From Flavobacteriales bacterium (GTDB lineage: Bacteria; Bacteroidota; Bacteroidia; Flavobacteriales_D; CAJJDF01): a stretch of DNA of 64,000 bases. A program made the position numbers and the translations under genes. The stretch is taken from assembly GCA_965660305.1 (NCBI GenBank), contig CBFHZD010000004.1:20680-84679 (forward strand), given 5' to 3'. Of this stretch, positions 9,757 to 19,939 are shown one piece after another (the first letter of the stretch is position 1; each line of letters opens with the position of its first letter). The notes beneath the pieces were generated by a model. It searched no databases, was not told the DNA's origin, and saw only the letters and a list, made by a program, of their open reading frames with translations.

Positions 9757-10511
9757 TGCAACTAGAGAAAGGAAAAAAGATCTATTTTGCCTCAGATTTT
9801 CATCTGGGAGTTCCAACTTATGAAACCAGTAGAGCAAGAGAGGCGAAAATTGTTTCTTGGCTTTCTCAAATTCAACAAGATGCGGATACTATCTACCTTG
9901 TAGGAGATATTTTTGACATGTGGTTTGAGTATAAACAGGCAATACCTAAATATTTTACCAGGTTTTTTGGTAAAATTGCTGAGTTAACTGATTCAGGTAT
10001 TCGGGTGGTTTTTTTTACAGGAAATCATGACATGTGGATGTTTGATTACCTGACCAAGGAGTTGGGTGTTGAGGTTTTAAGAGAGAAACTCGAGTTTGAA
10101 ATGAATGGTCAGTCATTTTTGGTAGCTCATGGAGACGGTTTGGGACCAGGTGATACTGGATACAAAATAATCAAAAGTATTTTTAGAAACCGATTTTGCC
10201 AATGGATGTTTGCACGCTTACACCCTAACTTTGGATTAGGAATAGCGAATTATTTCTCTAAAAAAAGTAGAAAGCACTCCGTGAATGACGATAAGTTTTT
10301 GGGCGAAGATAAAGAGTGGCTTATTACCTATTCAAAAGCGGTTTTGAAAGAAAAAAACGTGAATCACTTTATCTTTGGGCACAGGCACCACCCAGTAGTA
10401 TTTTCTTTATCACAAAACAGCACATATTATAACCTTGGCGAGTGGATTTCGCAGTGCAATTACCTTGTGTTCGATGGCGAGAAATGTGATTTAATTCAAT
10501 ATAACGATTGA
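9756..10511 (+). CDS. lpxH: UDP-2,3-diacylglucosamine diphosphatase
   Basis: 251 aa with calcineurin-like metallophosphoesterase motifs SDFHLG, VGDIFDMW, TGNHDMW, AHGDG and GHRHH. Confidence 0.75.
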   Translation: MQLEKGKKIYFASDFHLGVPTYETSRAREAKIVSWLSQIQQDADTIYLVGDIFDMWFEYKQAIPKYFTRFFGKIAELTDSGIRVVFFTGNHDMWMFDYLTKELGVEVLREKLEFEMNGQSFLVAHGDGLGPGDTGYKIIKSIFRNRFCQWMFARLHPNFGLGIANYFSKKSRKHSVNDDKFLGEDKEWLITYSKAVLKEKNVNHFIFGHRHHPVVFSLSQNSTYYNLGEWISQCNYLVFDGEKCDLIQYND

Positions 10512-10558
10512 TACTTTCAGATTCGGTGCAAAGTCAGTTTAGCGCAATGTGTTTGTAC

Positions 10559-11791
10559 TTATTTTAGTCCGTACTCCTTAATCTTTCGGTACAAAGTTCT
10601 CTCCGAAATTCCTAACTCTTTGGCTGCATACTTTCTCTTTCCTCTATGCTTGTCCAAAGCTTTGGCAATCATTTCTTTCTCTTTTTCTTCAAGCGACAGT
10701 ACCTCTTCTATTTCCTCATGTTCATGAATATCAGGTTGTTGATATGAAATAGTTGGACGGACCGAAAAGGGTTCGCTCGGAGTGTAATCATTTCGTACAT
10801 CTTTGTCCATTTTATTTATGATAGCAATGTCGTTTTCCGGAAAATCTACATCTGGATTTCCATTGCTATTCACAATATCAACAATGATTTTCTTTAATTC
10901 TGTAATGTCCTTTTTCATATCAAAAAGCACCTTATGCAAAATATCTCTTTCGCTCATTCCTGAATGAGATTCTCCATCGTTGGGAAGAAGCATTGGCAGG
11001 TTGTTTTGGTACACGGCAGGCAAGTAACTGCTGAGTTTTTCGGCATTGATATCTCTTGAGTTTTCTATCACAGAAATTTGTTCTGTAATGTTTTTGAGTT
11101 GTCTAATATTTCCTTGCCATGAATAATTCACCAACATTTCTTTAGCTTCAGGAGTCAGAACGATGGTTGGCATCCTATATTTTTCCGCAAAATCCGAGGC
11201 AAACTTTCTAAACAATAAATGGATATCATCCCTTCTTTCTCTTAGTGGTGTGAGTCGTATAGGAACAGTACTTAATCTATAGTATAAATCTTCTCTGAAC
11301 TTTCCTTTTTGGATCGCCTCTTCTAGTTTTGTATTCGCAGCTGCTATAACTCTCACATCGGTTTTCTGTACCTTGGATGATCCCACTTTATAAAACTCAC
11401 CGGACTCCAAAACTCTGAGTAATCTGGCTTGAGTGGAAAGTGGTAGCTCACCTAATTCATCTAAGAAAATTGTTCCACCATCGGCTTGTTCAAAATATCC
11501 TTTTCGTTTTTCATGAGCTCCAGTAAACGAACCTTTCTCGTGGCCAAATAACTCAGAATCAATCGTTCCTTCAGGTATGGCACCACAGTTTACAGCAATG
11601 TATTCTGCATGTTTTCTCTTGCTGTATTGATGAATTACTTGAGGCATAATTTCTTTACCTGTTCCACTTTCACCCATGATAAGAACTGATATATCTGTCG
11701 GTGCAACTTGCACAGCTACTTCCAGCGCTCTATTCAATCCAGCTGAGTTCCCAATAATTCCAAACCTCTGTTTAACTGATTGTATTTCCAT
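10559..11791 (-). CDS. Sigma-54-dependent transcriptional activator (AAA+ core + C-terminal Fis-type HTH) with no N-terminal sensor or receiver domain
   Basis: 410 aa. The AAA+ domain begins at residue ~10. It has Walker A GESGTGKE, sigma-54 contact loop GSFTGA, Walker B FLDELGEL and HTH AAKELGISERTLYRKIKEYGL. Confidence 0.85.
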   Translation of the reverse strand: MEIQSVKQRFGIIGNSAGLNRALEVAVQVAPTDISVLIMGESGTGKEIMPQVIHQYSKRKHAEYIAVNCGAIPEGTIDSELFGHEKGSFTGAHEKRKGYFEQADGGTIFLDELGELPLSTQARLLRVLESGEFYKVGSSKVQKTDVRVIAAANTKLEEAIQKGKFREDLYYRLSTVPIRLTPLRERRDDIHLLFRKFASDFAEKYRMPTIVLTPEAKEMLVNYSWQGNIRQLKNITEQISVIENSRDINAEKLSSYLPAVYQNNLPMLLPNDGESHSGMSERDILHKVLFDMKKDITELKKIIVDIVNSNGNPDVDFPENDIAIINKMDKDVRNDYTPSEPFSVRPTISYQQPDIHEHEEIEEVLSLEEKEKEMIAKALDKHRGKRKYAAKELGISERTLYRKIKEYGLK

Positions 11792-11792
11792 T

Positions 11793-13217
11793 TTATGCTA
11801 ATTCTGCGATTAATGTTGTTTTTGTATAATCAATGATTTTTACCATGACGTAATCACCTACTTTGTAATCTCCTTTTGGGAATATACAAGTAGAGCTTTG
11901 CGAGTTCCTTCCCATGTATTCCTCGTCCGATTTTTTAGAAACCTTTTCTACCAGTACTTCGTAAGTTTTACCAATTTCTTTTTTATGATATTCCAACTGA
12001 TGTTTGTGTTGTAACTCAATAACTTCTGTCAGTCGCCTTTGCTTCGTTTCTTCTGGCACATCGTCTTCATATTTCCTTTCAGCCAAAGTTTTTGGCCTTT
12101 CAGAATATTTGTACATGTATGCAAACGAAAATTTAACTTCCTCCATTAAGCTCAAAGTCTCCTGGTGTTGTTCTTCGGTTTCTCCACAAAATCCTATAAT
12201 CAAGTCGGTAGAGATTGTAGCTTCCGGCACAATACGCTGAATGGCTGCAATCCTATTTAGGTACCATTCTCGGGTATAGCCTCTGTTCATTTTTTTTAAT
12301 ATTTCGCTGTTACCCGATTGTACGGGAAGGTGAATGTAATTGCAAATGTTGTCATATTTGGCAATTACTTCCAGTACATCATCACCCATGTCTTTGGGGT
12401 GCGAGGTAGAAAACCGAACTCTTAATTTAGGACTAATTAATCCTACCATCTCCATTAATTGAGCAAAATTTGTGGTAGGAATCGTTTCATCCTTAATTTC
12501 ACCTTTGGATGACATATTCCATCTGTAGCTATCTACATTTTGTCCAAGCAGAGTTACCTCCCTGTATCCTCTCTCAAATAAATCTCTTGCTTCCGCTACA
12601 ATCGTCATAGGATTTCTACTTCTTTCTCTTCCTCTTGTAAATGGAACAACACAAAAAGAACACATGTTGTCGCAGCCTCGAGTTATAGAGACAAAAGCCG
12701 TAACTCCAGTGTTATCCAATCTTACTGGTGAAATATCAGCGTATGTTTCTTCTCTGGATAGTAGCACGTTCACCGACTTTTGACCACCTTCGGTTTGGTG
12801 AAGCAAGTTTGGTAAATCCCTGTATGCGTCTGGCCCAACTACTAAATCAACCAATTTCTCCTCTTCGAGTAACGCTGCTTTGAGTCGTTCTGCCATGCAT
12901 CCCAATACACCAACCATGAGCCCAGGTTTATTCTTTTTCATTTTTTTAAAAGTGGTTAACCTTTTTCTTACGGTCTGTTCTGCTTTGTCTCGAATAGAAC
13001 AAGTGTTTAGCAGTATCAAATCAGACTCTTCAATATTGCGAGTAGTTGAATAGCCATTTTCACTCAAAATGGAAGCTACAACTTCGCTGTCAGAAAAATT
13101 CATGGCACAACCATAACTCTCAAGGTACAGTTTTTTGCTGTTTTCATGAGGTTGGTTTTCCAGCACCATAGCCTCACCTTGTATAGCCTCGTCTATTGTT
13201 TTGTCTATTTTGTCCAT
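11793..13217 (-). CDS. miaB: tRNA-i6A37 methylthiotransferase
   Basis: 474 aa with a UPF0004 N-domain (LESYGCAMN), a radical-SAM CDNMCSFC cluster and a TRAM C-terminus. Confidence 0.9.
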   Translation of the reverse strand: MDKIDKTIDEAIQGEAMVLENQPHENSKKLYLESYGCAMNFSDSEVVASILSENGYSTTRNIEESDLILLNTCSIRDKAEQTVRKRLTTFKKMKKNKPGLMVGVLGCMAERLKAALLEEEKLVDLVVGPDAYRDLPNLLHQTEGGQKSVNVLLSREETYADISPVRLDNTGVTAFVSITRGCDNMCSFCVVPFTRGRERSRNPMTIVAEARDLFERGYREVTLLGQNVDSYRWNMSSKGEIKDETIPTTNFAQLMEMVGLISPKLRVRFSTSHPKDMGDDVLEVIAKYDNICNYIHLPVQSGNSEILKKMNRGYTREWYLNRIAAIQRIVPEATISTDLIIGFCGETEEQHQETLSLMEEVKFSFAYMYKYSERPKTLAERKYEDDVPEETKQRRLTEVIELQHKHQLEYHKKEIGKTYEVLVEKVSKKSDEEYMGRNSQSSTCIFPKGDYKVGDYVMVKIIDYTKTTLIAELA

Positions 13218-13369
13218 TCCTGTATATCGGTTTCAATTGATAGGCAAAGATAGAAAAAACTGACAGAATTGCAGTCTTTTTGAAGTTCTAAAAGTGTTTT
13301 CAGATTGAATCATTTTCAATAGAAATAGCTGTCAAATCTTTACAAACAAGGGTGCACAAAAAAATACAT

Positions 13370-13401
13370 TTTGATTTGTGGAAAAAAAGTCCTTAATTTT
13401 G
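13370..13401 (+). promoter_or_regulatory. Candidate Bacteroidota sigma-A promoter for topA (TTTG-N20-TAATTTTG)
   Basis: TTTG at 13370..13373 and TAATTTTG at 13394..13401 match the -33 TTTG / -7 TAnnTTTG consensus. They lie ~84 nt upstream of the topA ATG. Confidence 0.35.
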
Positions 13402-13484
13402 CCAAGCTTAAAATTATCTACATTTACAGCCTTTTACGTTCACATTATTCATCCTTTTAGATGAAATAAAACCAATATAACTTT

Positions 13485-16007
13485 ATGTCCAAGAACTTAG
13501 TCATAGTTGAGTCACCAGCCAAAGCCAAAACCATAGAAGGGTATTTGGGTACAGGATTTACCGTAAAATCCAGTTTTGGACACGTACGCGACATACCAAG
13601 AAAAGGAATGGGGATAGACATCGAGAATGATTTTAATCCTAACTATGAAGTTTCAGAAGATAAGAAGAAAGTTGTAGCGGAGCTAAAAAGATTAACGAAA
13701 GCAGCTGATATCGTTTGGTTAGCAACGGATGAGGACCGAGAAGGAGAAGCAATCTCTTGGCACCTTTACGAAACCTTAGGGCTAAAAAAGAAAGAAACGA
13801 AGAGAATAACTTTCAATGAAATTACGAAGACTGCGGTACAAAATGCCATAGAAAATCCAAGACAAATAAACATTGACTTGGTTAATGCGCAACAAGCAAG
13901 GAGAGTCCTGGATAGATTGGTAGGGTTTGAATTATCTCCTGTTTTGTGGAAAAAAATCAAACCATCTTTATCGGCAGGAAGGGTACAATCGGTAACAGTG
14001 AGGTTAATTGTAGAGCGCGAAAGAGAAATCCGTGAATTTAGCAGTGTAGCAGCCTTTAAAGTAAAGGCTGAATTTGTATTAGATGGAACTGTAATAAAAG
14101 CAGATTTAGGCAAAACCTTTAAAACAGAAGAAGAAACATTGAATTTCTTGAACGATTGTTCAGCTGCGCAGTTTACCATAAATAACATAGAGAAAAAACC
14201 AGCAAAAAAATCGCCAGCACCTCCATTCACAACCTCTACTTTGCAACAAGAAGCAAGTAGAAAATTAGGTTACTCGGTAAGTAGAACAATGAGTGTTGCT
14301 CAAAAATTATACGAAGCAGGACGTATTACCTACATGAGAACAGACTCCATTAATTTATCCAAAACTGCGAGAAATGGAGCGGAAGCAGAAATTAAGAAAG
14401 CTTACGGAAGTGAGTTTTCACATCCAAGAGTATTTAAAACAAAAACAAAAGGAGCACAAGAAGCTCACGAAGCAATCAGGCCAACAAGTTTTGCAGTTCA
14501 TTCTGCTGGAACCGATAGTAGCGAAAACAGGCTGTATGATTTGATTTGGAAAAGGGCCATTGCCTCGCAAATGAGCGAAGCCAAATTGGAAAAAACAACT
14601 GTGAAAATTGCTGGAGATACCATAAAAGAATTGTTTACTGCAAGAGGTGAAATTATTTTGTTTGAAGGGTTTCTGAAAGTTTATTTGGAAGGGAGAGATG
14701 AGGATAATGAAGATACAGAAGATGACAACGAAGGGATTTTTCCACCAATGAAAAAAGGAGATTTCTTGGAAGTGAAAATGATAGAGGCTACCCAAAGATA
14801 TACCAGACCTCCGGCAAGATACACCGAAGCTTCGTTGGTGAAAAAGTTAGAAGAACTAGGGATCGGAAGACCTTCTACTTATGCGCCAACCATTACTACG
14901 GTTCAAAAAAGAGGATATGTAACCAAAGATGAAATTGAATACAGCCAAAGGAATTACGCGCAACTCACCTTGAAAAATGGCGAGGTAAAATCCAAGCAAT
15001 TGTCTGAGAATTATGGTGGAGATAAGAACAAACTATCACCTACAGATATCGGTACCGTGGTAAACGATTTTTTGGTAGATAATTTTGATGGAATATTGGA
15101 CTATAATTTTACCGCATCGGTAGAAAAAGAATTTGATGATATTGCAGAAGGTCTTATGAAATGGACCGACATGATTAAGAAATTCTACAATCCTTTCCAT
15201 GCTAAAGTGGAAGACACATTAGAACATGGTGAACGTCAGTCTGGTGAGAGAGTGTTGGGTGAAGATGAAAAAGGAAATGATATATTGGTAAGAATTGGAA
15301 GGTTTGGTCCAATGGCGCAAATCGGAAGAGTTTCTGAAGAGGAAGATGGTCCAGCACCAAAATTTGCATCGCTTCAAAAAAATCAGAGCCTAGAAACCAT
15401 TACGCTCGAAGAAGTCTTAGATTTATTCAAGCTTCCAAAAGAATTAGGAGAGCACAAAGGTCATCAGGTCATTGTGTCTAACGGGAGGTTTGGGCCTTAC
15501 ATTAAGTACGACACACTGTTTGTTTCTATTCCAAAGGGAGAGGAGCCTCTAGATATGGAATTGCCCAGAGCGATTGAGTTAATTATTGCAAAACAAGAAG
15601 CAGACGCTCCAATTGCAGAATACGAAGGTTTGCCTGTTCAAAAAGGATCAGGGAGATTTGGTCCATTTATCAAATGGAATGACATGTTTATCAATGTCAA
15701 CAAAAAATATGATTTTGAAAATTTATCTCAGGAAGACATTGTAGAGCTGATTGAAATAAAGAAGCAAAAAGAAATCGATAAAATCATACACAACTGGGAA
15801 GAAGAAGGGATAAGAGTAGAAAAAGCAAGATGGGGAAGATTTAATGTAATCAAGGGTAAAACAAAAATCGAGTTGCCAAAAACTACCAAAGCAGATAAAT
15901 TGACTCTGGATGAGGTAAAGGCAATGATTGAAAAAGCAAAGCCTGCGAAAAAGAAAACTGCTGCCAAAAAGAAAACAGCCAAAAAGAAAGTGGCTAAGAA
16001 GAAATAA
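13485..16007 (+). CDS. topA: DNA topoisomerase I
   Basis: 840 aa with Toprim LVIVESPAKAKTI / DEDREGE and an active-site Tyr region ITYMRTDS. It has Cys-free C-terminal repeats (GRFGPMAQIG, GRFGPYIKYD, GRFGPFIKWN, RWGRFNVIKG) and a Lys-rich tail AKKKTAAKKKTAKKKVAKKK. Confidence 0.95.
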   Translation: MSKNLVIVESPAKAKTIEGYLGTGFTVKSSFGHVRDIPRKGMGIDIENDFNPNYEVSEDKKKVVAELKRLTKAADIVWLATDEDREGEAISWHLYETLGLKKKETKRITFNEITKTAVQNAIENPRQINIDLVNAQQARRVLDRLVGFELSPVLWKKIKPSLSAGRVQSVTVRLIVEREREIREFSSVAAFKVKAEFVLDGTVIKADLGKTFKTEEETLNFLNDCSAAQFTINNIEKKPAKKSPAPPFTTSTLQQEASRKLGYSVSRTMSVAQKLYEAGRITYMRTDSINLSKTARNGAEAEIKKAYGSEFSHPRVFKTKTKGAQEAHEAIRPTSFAVHSAGTDSSENRLYDLIWKRAIASQMSEAKLEKTTVKIAGDTIKELFTARGEIILFEGFLKVYLEGRDEDNEDTEDDNEGIFPPMKKGDFLEVKMIEATQRYTRPPARYTEASLVKKLEELGIGRPSTYAPTITTVQKRGYVTKDEIEYSQRNYAQLTLKNGEVKSKQLSENYGGDKNKLSPTDIGTVVNDFLVDNFDGILDYNFTASVEKEFDDIAEGLMKWTDMIKKFYNPFHAKVEDTLEHGERQSGERVLGEDEKGNDILVRIGRFGPMAQIGRVSEEEDGPAPKFASLQKNQSLETITLEEVLDLFKLPKELGEHKGHQVIVSNGRFGPYIKYDTLFVSIPKGEEPLDMELPRAIELIIAKQEADAPIAEYEGLPVQKGSGRFGPFIKWNDMFINVNKKYDFENLSQEDIVELIEIKKQKEIDKIIHNWEEEGIRVEKARWGRFNVIKGKTKIELPKTTKADKLTLDEVKAMIEKAKPAKKKTAAKKKTAKKKVAKKK

Positions 16008-16019
16008 CTCCTAATCTGA

Positions 16020-17180
16020 ATGAAAGATTTTTCAATTTTCCTAACTCCCGTTTCTACTCTGAATCAGGGAGAATATGCTCATAACCCCAAAACATTAGGC
16101 GCTCAAACAGAATTTTATGAGGGTGGAGAAATCAACAAGAAACATCAGGTTGCAATTTTAGGAGTTAAAGAATCAAGGGGAACAGTGATGAATTCGGTAA
16201 AGGATTCACCTGATGCAGTCCGAAAGCAATTTTACAACTTGTTTCCTGGTAGTTCAATTTCTTGCATCGATTTAGGTAATATAGAGCCTGGTGATTCCCA
16301 AACCGATACGCTTTTTGCATTGGCTGAGGTGATGAGTCATCTCATAAAAAAAGACATCATCCCTGTTGTTATTGGTGGTAGCCAAGAATTAACTCTGGGC
16401 ATGTACAAGGCATTCGAAAAGCTGGAGTTAATTATTAACCTAACAACGGTAGATAGAAAAATTGATTTCCAAACAACAAACGAAACAACTACAGATTCTT
16501 ATTTAAAAGATATTGTTCTTGCAAAACCGAACTATTTATTCAATTATTCAAATCTTGGGAGTCAGACGTATTACCTAAACCCAGATAATGTGCACATGAT
16601 GCACAAACTATTTTTTGAAACAAAGAGATTAGGAGAGCTTCAAAGTAATATGGAATTGGCAGAGCCCATCCTTCGTAATTCTAACCTGGTGAGTTTTGAC
16701 TTAAATAGTATTCGACAAAGTGAAGTTCCGGGAACAAGTTTTGCTTCGCCCAACGGTTTTTTTGGAAATGAAGCTTGTCAATTGGCGCGTTATGCAGGTA
16801 TGAGCGATAAGTTAAATGCCATTGGTTTTTTTGAAATGACTCCAGAGTACGACATTCAAAATCAAACTGCACAGCTCGTTGCACAAATGATTTGGTACTT
16901 TTTGGACGGAGTGTCCAATAGAAAAAACGAATCCCCCATTTCTGGCAGTAAGCATTACACAAGGTATAAGGTTGTTATTTCCAATACGGAGGAGGAGCTG
17001 ACCTTTATCAAAAGCCTAAAGTCCGGCAGGTGGTGGATGAAAATACCTTACCCACCATCAAAGAAAGTAAAATTTGAAAGGCATCATTTAGTTCCTTGTT
17101 CTTACCAGGACTACGAAGTGGCGCTCAAAGATGAAATGCCTGATTTGTGGATTAATACCTACAACAGAATTCATCTGTAG
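16020..17180 (+). CDS. Arginase/formiminoglutamase-fold protein with degenerate metal-binding motifs
   Basis: 386 aa. The ureohydrolase motif 3 scaffold is present (SFDLNSIRQSEVPGTSFASPNG). The GGxH motif reads GGSQ, DAHxD reads DRKID and DxD reads DLN. Confidence 0.6.
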   Translation: MKDFSIFLTPVSTLNQGEYAHNPKTLGAQTEFYEGGEINKKHQVAILGVKESRGTVMNSVKDSPDAVRKQFYNLFPGSSISCIDLGNIEPGDSQTDTLFALAEVMSHLIKKDIIPVVIGGSQELTLGMYKAFEKLELIINLTTVDRKIDFQTTNETTTDSYLKDIVLAKPNYLFNYSNLGSQTYYLNPDNVHMMHKLFFETKRLGELQSNMELAEPILRNSNLVSFDLNSIRQSEVPGTSFASPNGFFGNEACQLARYAGMSDKLNAIGFFEMTPEYDIQNQTAQLVAQMIWYFLDGVSNRKNESPISGSKHYTRYKVVISNTEEELTFIKSLKSGRWWMKIPYPPSKKVKFERHHLVPCSYQDYEVALKDEMPDLWINTYNRIHL

Positions 17181-17291
17181 CTTGATAGAAGTGTTAATTT
17201 TCAAAATTTGCTTGAAAATTTTAACAACAAACAAACATCAAAAAAATTTTCTCATACCATTTTTTTCATTATTTTAGCAGTTCATTCAAAA

Positions 17292-18269
17292 ATGAAGAAC
17301 CCTATGAAAAAAGTAGTCCTATTGGTGTTTGTAGCAGGATTTTCTCTTGTGTCAAAGGCCCAACAAGATCCGCAGTTCACCCACTTTATGTTCGATCAGC
17401 TGTCTTTCAATCCAGCTTCGGTAGGGTTTAAAGACGCATTTTGCCTAACGGCTATTTCAAGGCGGCAGTGGACTGGTTTTAGTGCTGGAGAGCCAAGTAC
17501 AACCTTGGTAAACTTTACGGCACCAAAAATCAACAAAATAAAAGGTGGTTTGGGTTTTTCGTATTACAATGACCAAATTGGATGGGAAACAAACAATGTG
17601 TTTCGTTTATCTTATTCTTTGCATTTGAGAGACCTAGGCTTAAGCGACATTGCGGGAGGGAATTTTGCAGTAGGTCTTTCTGCTGGGTATTTTCAAAAAA
17701 ATATAAATGGTTCGTGGATTACTCCAGATGGAATCCCGGGAGGTAATGCGCCTGGATCTGATCAGTCTATTCCAGATGGCGACCTGAATGATGGAGGAAT
17801 GAGTTTTAATGCTGGTCTGTATTACAAAAATCCTAGCGTGTATGTTGGTATTTCAACTACCAACATCTCTCAAACAGAATTGTCAACTCTTAATGTTTCT
17901 TCCTCGAGGCATTATTTCGTAATGGCAGGTTATGAATCACCCGAGTTATTCGGTGGATTTGTCGTGAAACCAAATGTTCTAATGAAATCGGATGGTGTAA
18001 AAACACAATATGATTTCAATTTACACGTTTTAGCCTTCAACACAGTTTGGGCTGGAGCGACATACCGGCACAATGATGCAATTGCTCCTATGGCGGGTGT
18101 TCAATTGTTGCAAGGTGGAGCACTCAAAGTAGGTTACTCCTATGGATTAGGTACTTCTTTTTTGAGCAACTATTTTTCTAATGGGAACCACGAAATTATT
18201 TTAAACTACTGCTTCAGTGTGACTCCACCAATTAGAGAGGAAAAAGAGGTTCATCCGTATTTTTTATAG
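17292..18269 (+). CDS. porP: PorP/SprF-family T9SS outer-membrane protein
   Basis: The mature N-terminus AQQDPQFTHFMFDQLSFNPASVG is the family hallmark. The signal peptide is MKNPMKKVVLLVFVAGFSLVSKA. I prefer ATG 17292 over the track's TTG at 17208. The gene sits directly upstream of gldK, as porP does in Porphyromonas gingivalis. Confidence 0.8.
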   Translation: MKNPMKKVVLLVFVAGFSLVSKAQQDPQFTHFMFDQLSFNPASVGFKDAFCLTAISRRQWTGFSAGEPSTTLVNFTAPKINKIKGGLGFSYYNDQIGWETNNVFRLSYSLHLRDLGLSDIAGGNFAVGLSAGYFQKNINGSWITPDGIPGGNAPGSDQSIPDGDLNDGGMSFNAGLYYKNPSVYVGISTTNISQTELSTLNVSSSRHYFVMAGYESPELFGGFVVKPNVLMKSDGVKTQYDFNLHVLAFNTVWAGATYRHNDAIAPMAGVQLLQGGALKVGYSYGLGTSFLSNYFSNGNHEIILNYCFSVTPPIREEKEVHPYFL

Positions 18270-18361
18270 AGAAAATTGCAACATAATTAAATTTTTAGCG
18301 TAATAAGGATTGAATTTTGAGTTATTAACAATATATTTGTTAATAATTCTAACAGAAAAGA

Positions 18362-19852
18362 ATGAGAGATATGAAAAGAATAGCAACAATGATAGGGTTT
18401 GCAGTTCTGGTATTTACCAGCTGTCAAACAGGAAATGGTGAGTTGATTGGTGTGCAAGGGAGACCTGAATGGTACGGTTATGACCCTTTGGGTATGCAGT
18501 ACATTCCTGCAGGTAGTTTCCAGATGGGGCAGAGTGACCAGGATGTGCCGTTTACTCAACAAAACAAGACTAAAACTGTAACTGTCTCTGCTTTTTACAT
18601 GGACAATACAGAGATTACAAATAACGAGTACCGACAATTTGTTTACTGGGTTAGAGATTCTATTGCAATGAGATATTTGGCAGAGGAGTTTCCAGAAGAA
18701 TTTTTAATTCCAACTTTCGATGACGAACTAGAAGAGAAAGATGAAGAGGACTGGAATCTTGATTGGGATGTAGAGATTGACTGGGAAGACCCAGATTTCT
18801 ACCCTATATTAATGTCCGAAATGGTGTTGCCAGAAAATCAAAGGTTTAATGGGGCAAGGGAAGTAGATGTAAGAAAACTAACTTTTGATTACTACTGGAT
18901 TGATTTTAAAGCTGCTGCCCAGAAAGGAAGGCCAGTGGTGAAAGCCATTTCTAATACCGAATACGAAGATAGGGAGGAGCATAGATTGAAAATGAAAGAC
19001 GTAGGTTTTGACTTCCCTGTTGACCAATATGATGAGGAAATTCAAAGAGGACGAGATTTGGATTTAGGATGGAGAAACAGTAAGGGACAAAATAATTCTA
19101 TTCGCTCTCACTCTGATCGTTCTCGTTTTATTATTCATGAGCAAATTAATGTTTACCCCGATACAATGGTTTGGGTGAGTGATTTCTCATACTCTTACAA
19201 CGAACCATATGCGAGACAATATTTTTCCAGTGTTGCCTATGATGATTATCCTGTTGTAGGGGTAACTTGGTCACAAGCAAAAGCGTTTTGTGTTTGGAGA
19301 ACTAACTTATTAAATAATCACCTGAAAGGTTCCGGTGAAGCAACTATTGATGATTTCAGACTGCCGACTGAGGCAGAGTGGGAATATGCAGCCAGAGGTG
19401 GATTGGATCAGAGTGCATATCCTTGGGGTGGTCCTTACATCAGAAACTCCAAAGGTTGTTTTTTAGGGAATTTTAAACCTATGAGAGGAAGGTACATGGA
19501 AGATGGAGGTACATATACTGTGAAGGCAAATTCTTACAACCCTAATGATTATGGTCTGTATTGTATGGCCGGAAATGTAGCGGAATGGACTAATACGGCT
19601 TATGATGAATCGATGTATGAATTTTCGCATGACTTGAACCCTGAATATGAATATAACGCATTGGACCATGACCCTATCTCTTTAAAAAGAAAAGTGATAA
19701 GAGGAGGTTCTTGGAAAGACATTGGATACTATTTGCAAACTGGTTCAAGAACATATGAGTACCAGGATACAGCAAAAAGTTACATCGGCTTTAGATGTGT
19801 ATCAAGTTACTTAGGAAGAGGAGGAAACGAAAAAGGCGGAGACGTAAACTAA
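18362..19852 (+). CDS. gldK: T9SS/gliding lipoprotein GldK (PorK), FGE-sulfatase/SUMF1 fold
   Basis: Lipobox VFTSC; GELIGVQGRPEWYGYDPLGMQYIPAGSFQMG; RLPTEAEWEYAARGG; RGGSW. It is followed by gldLMN. Confidence 0.9.
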   Translation: MRDMKRIATMIGFAVLVFTSCQTGNGELIGVQGRPEWYGYDPLGMQYIPAGSFQMGQSDQDVPFTQQNKTKTVTVSAFYMDNTEITNNEYRQFVYWVRDSIAMRYLAEEFPEEFLIPTFDDELEEKDEEDWNLDWDVEIDWEDPDFYPILMSEMVLPENQRFNGAREVDVRKLTFDYYWIDFKAAAQKGRPVVKAISNTEYEDREEHRLKMKDVGFDFPVDQYDEEIQRGRDLDLGWRNSKGQNNSIRSHSDRSRFIIHEQINVYPDTMVWVSDFSYSYNEPYARQYFSSVAYDDYPVVGVTWSQAKAFCVWRTNLLNNHLKGSGEATIDDFRLPTEAEWEYAARGGLDQSAYPWGGPYIRNSKGCFLGNFKPMRGRYMEDGGTYTVKANSYNPNDYGLYCMAGNVAEWTNTAYDESMYEFSHDLNPEYEYNALDHDPISLKRKVIRGGSWKDIGYYLQTGSRTYEYQDTAKSYIGFRCVSSYLGRGGNEKGGDVN

Positions 19853-19939
19853 CATAATTACAGATTGAAATATTACCCCTTTTGAATCAGACGTTCAAAA
19901 AAAAGAAAATAATAATAAACTAAAAAAGAAAAAAAGTCT

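Noticed and set aside
13766-14230. 154-aa ORF antisense to topA
   Set aside because: It is embedded antisense in the topoisomerase core with no motif.
17208-17291. N-terminal extension of the PorP/SprF ORF from a TTG start
   Set aside because: The extension precedes a canonical signal peptide that begins at ATG 17292 (MKNPMKKVVLLVFVAG...), so the internal ATG is the more plausible start.
18287-18637. 116-aa minus-strand ORF spanning the porP-gldK spacer and the gldK 5' end
   Set aside because: It overlaps the gldK signal peptide and lipobox region in antisense, has no motif, and would break an otherwise tight operon.
19880-19900. Hairpin ttttgaa-N7-ttcaaaa between gldK and gldL, considered as an internal terminator
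   Set aside because: It is a weak AT-only 7-bp stem followed by an A-run, not a T-run, on the transcribed strand. At most it is a processing or attenuation element, which the sequence alone does not support.
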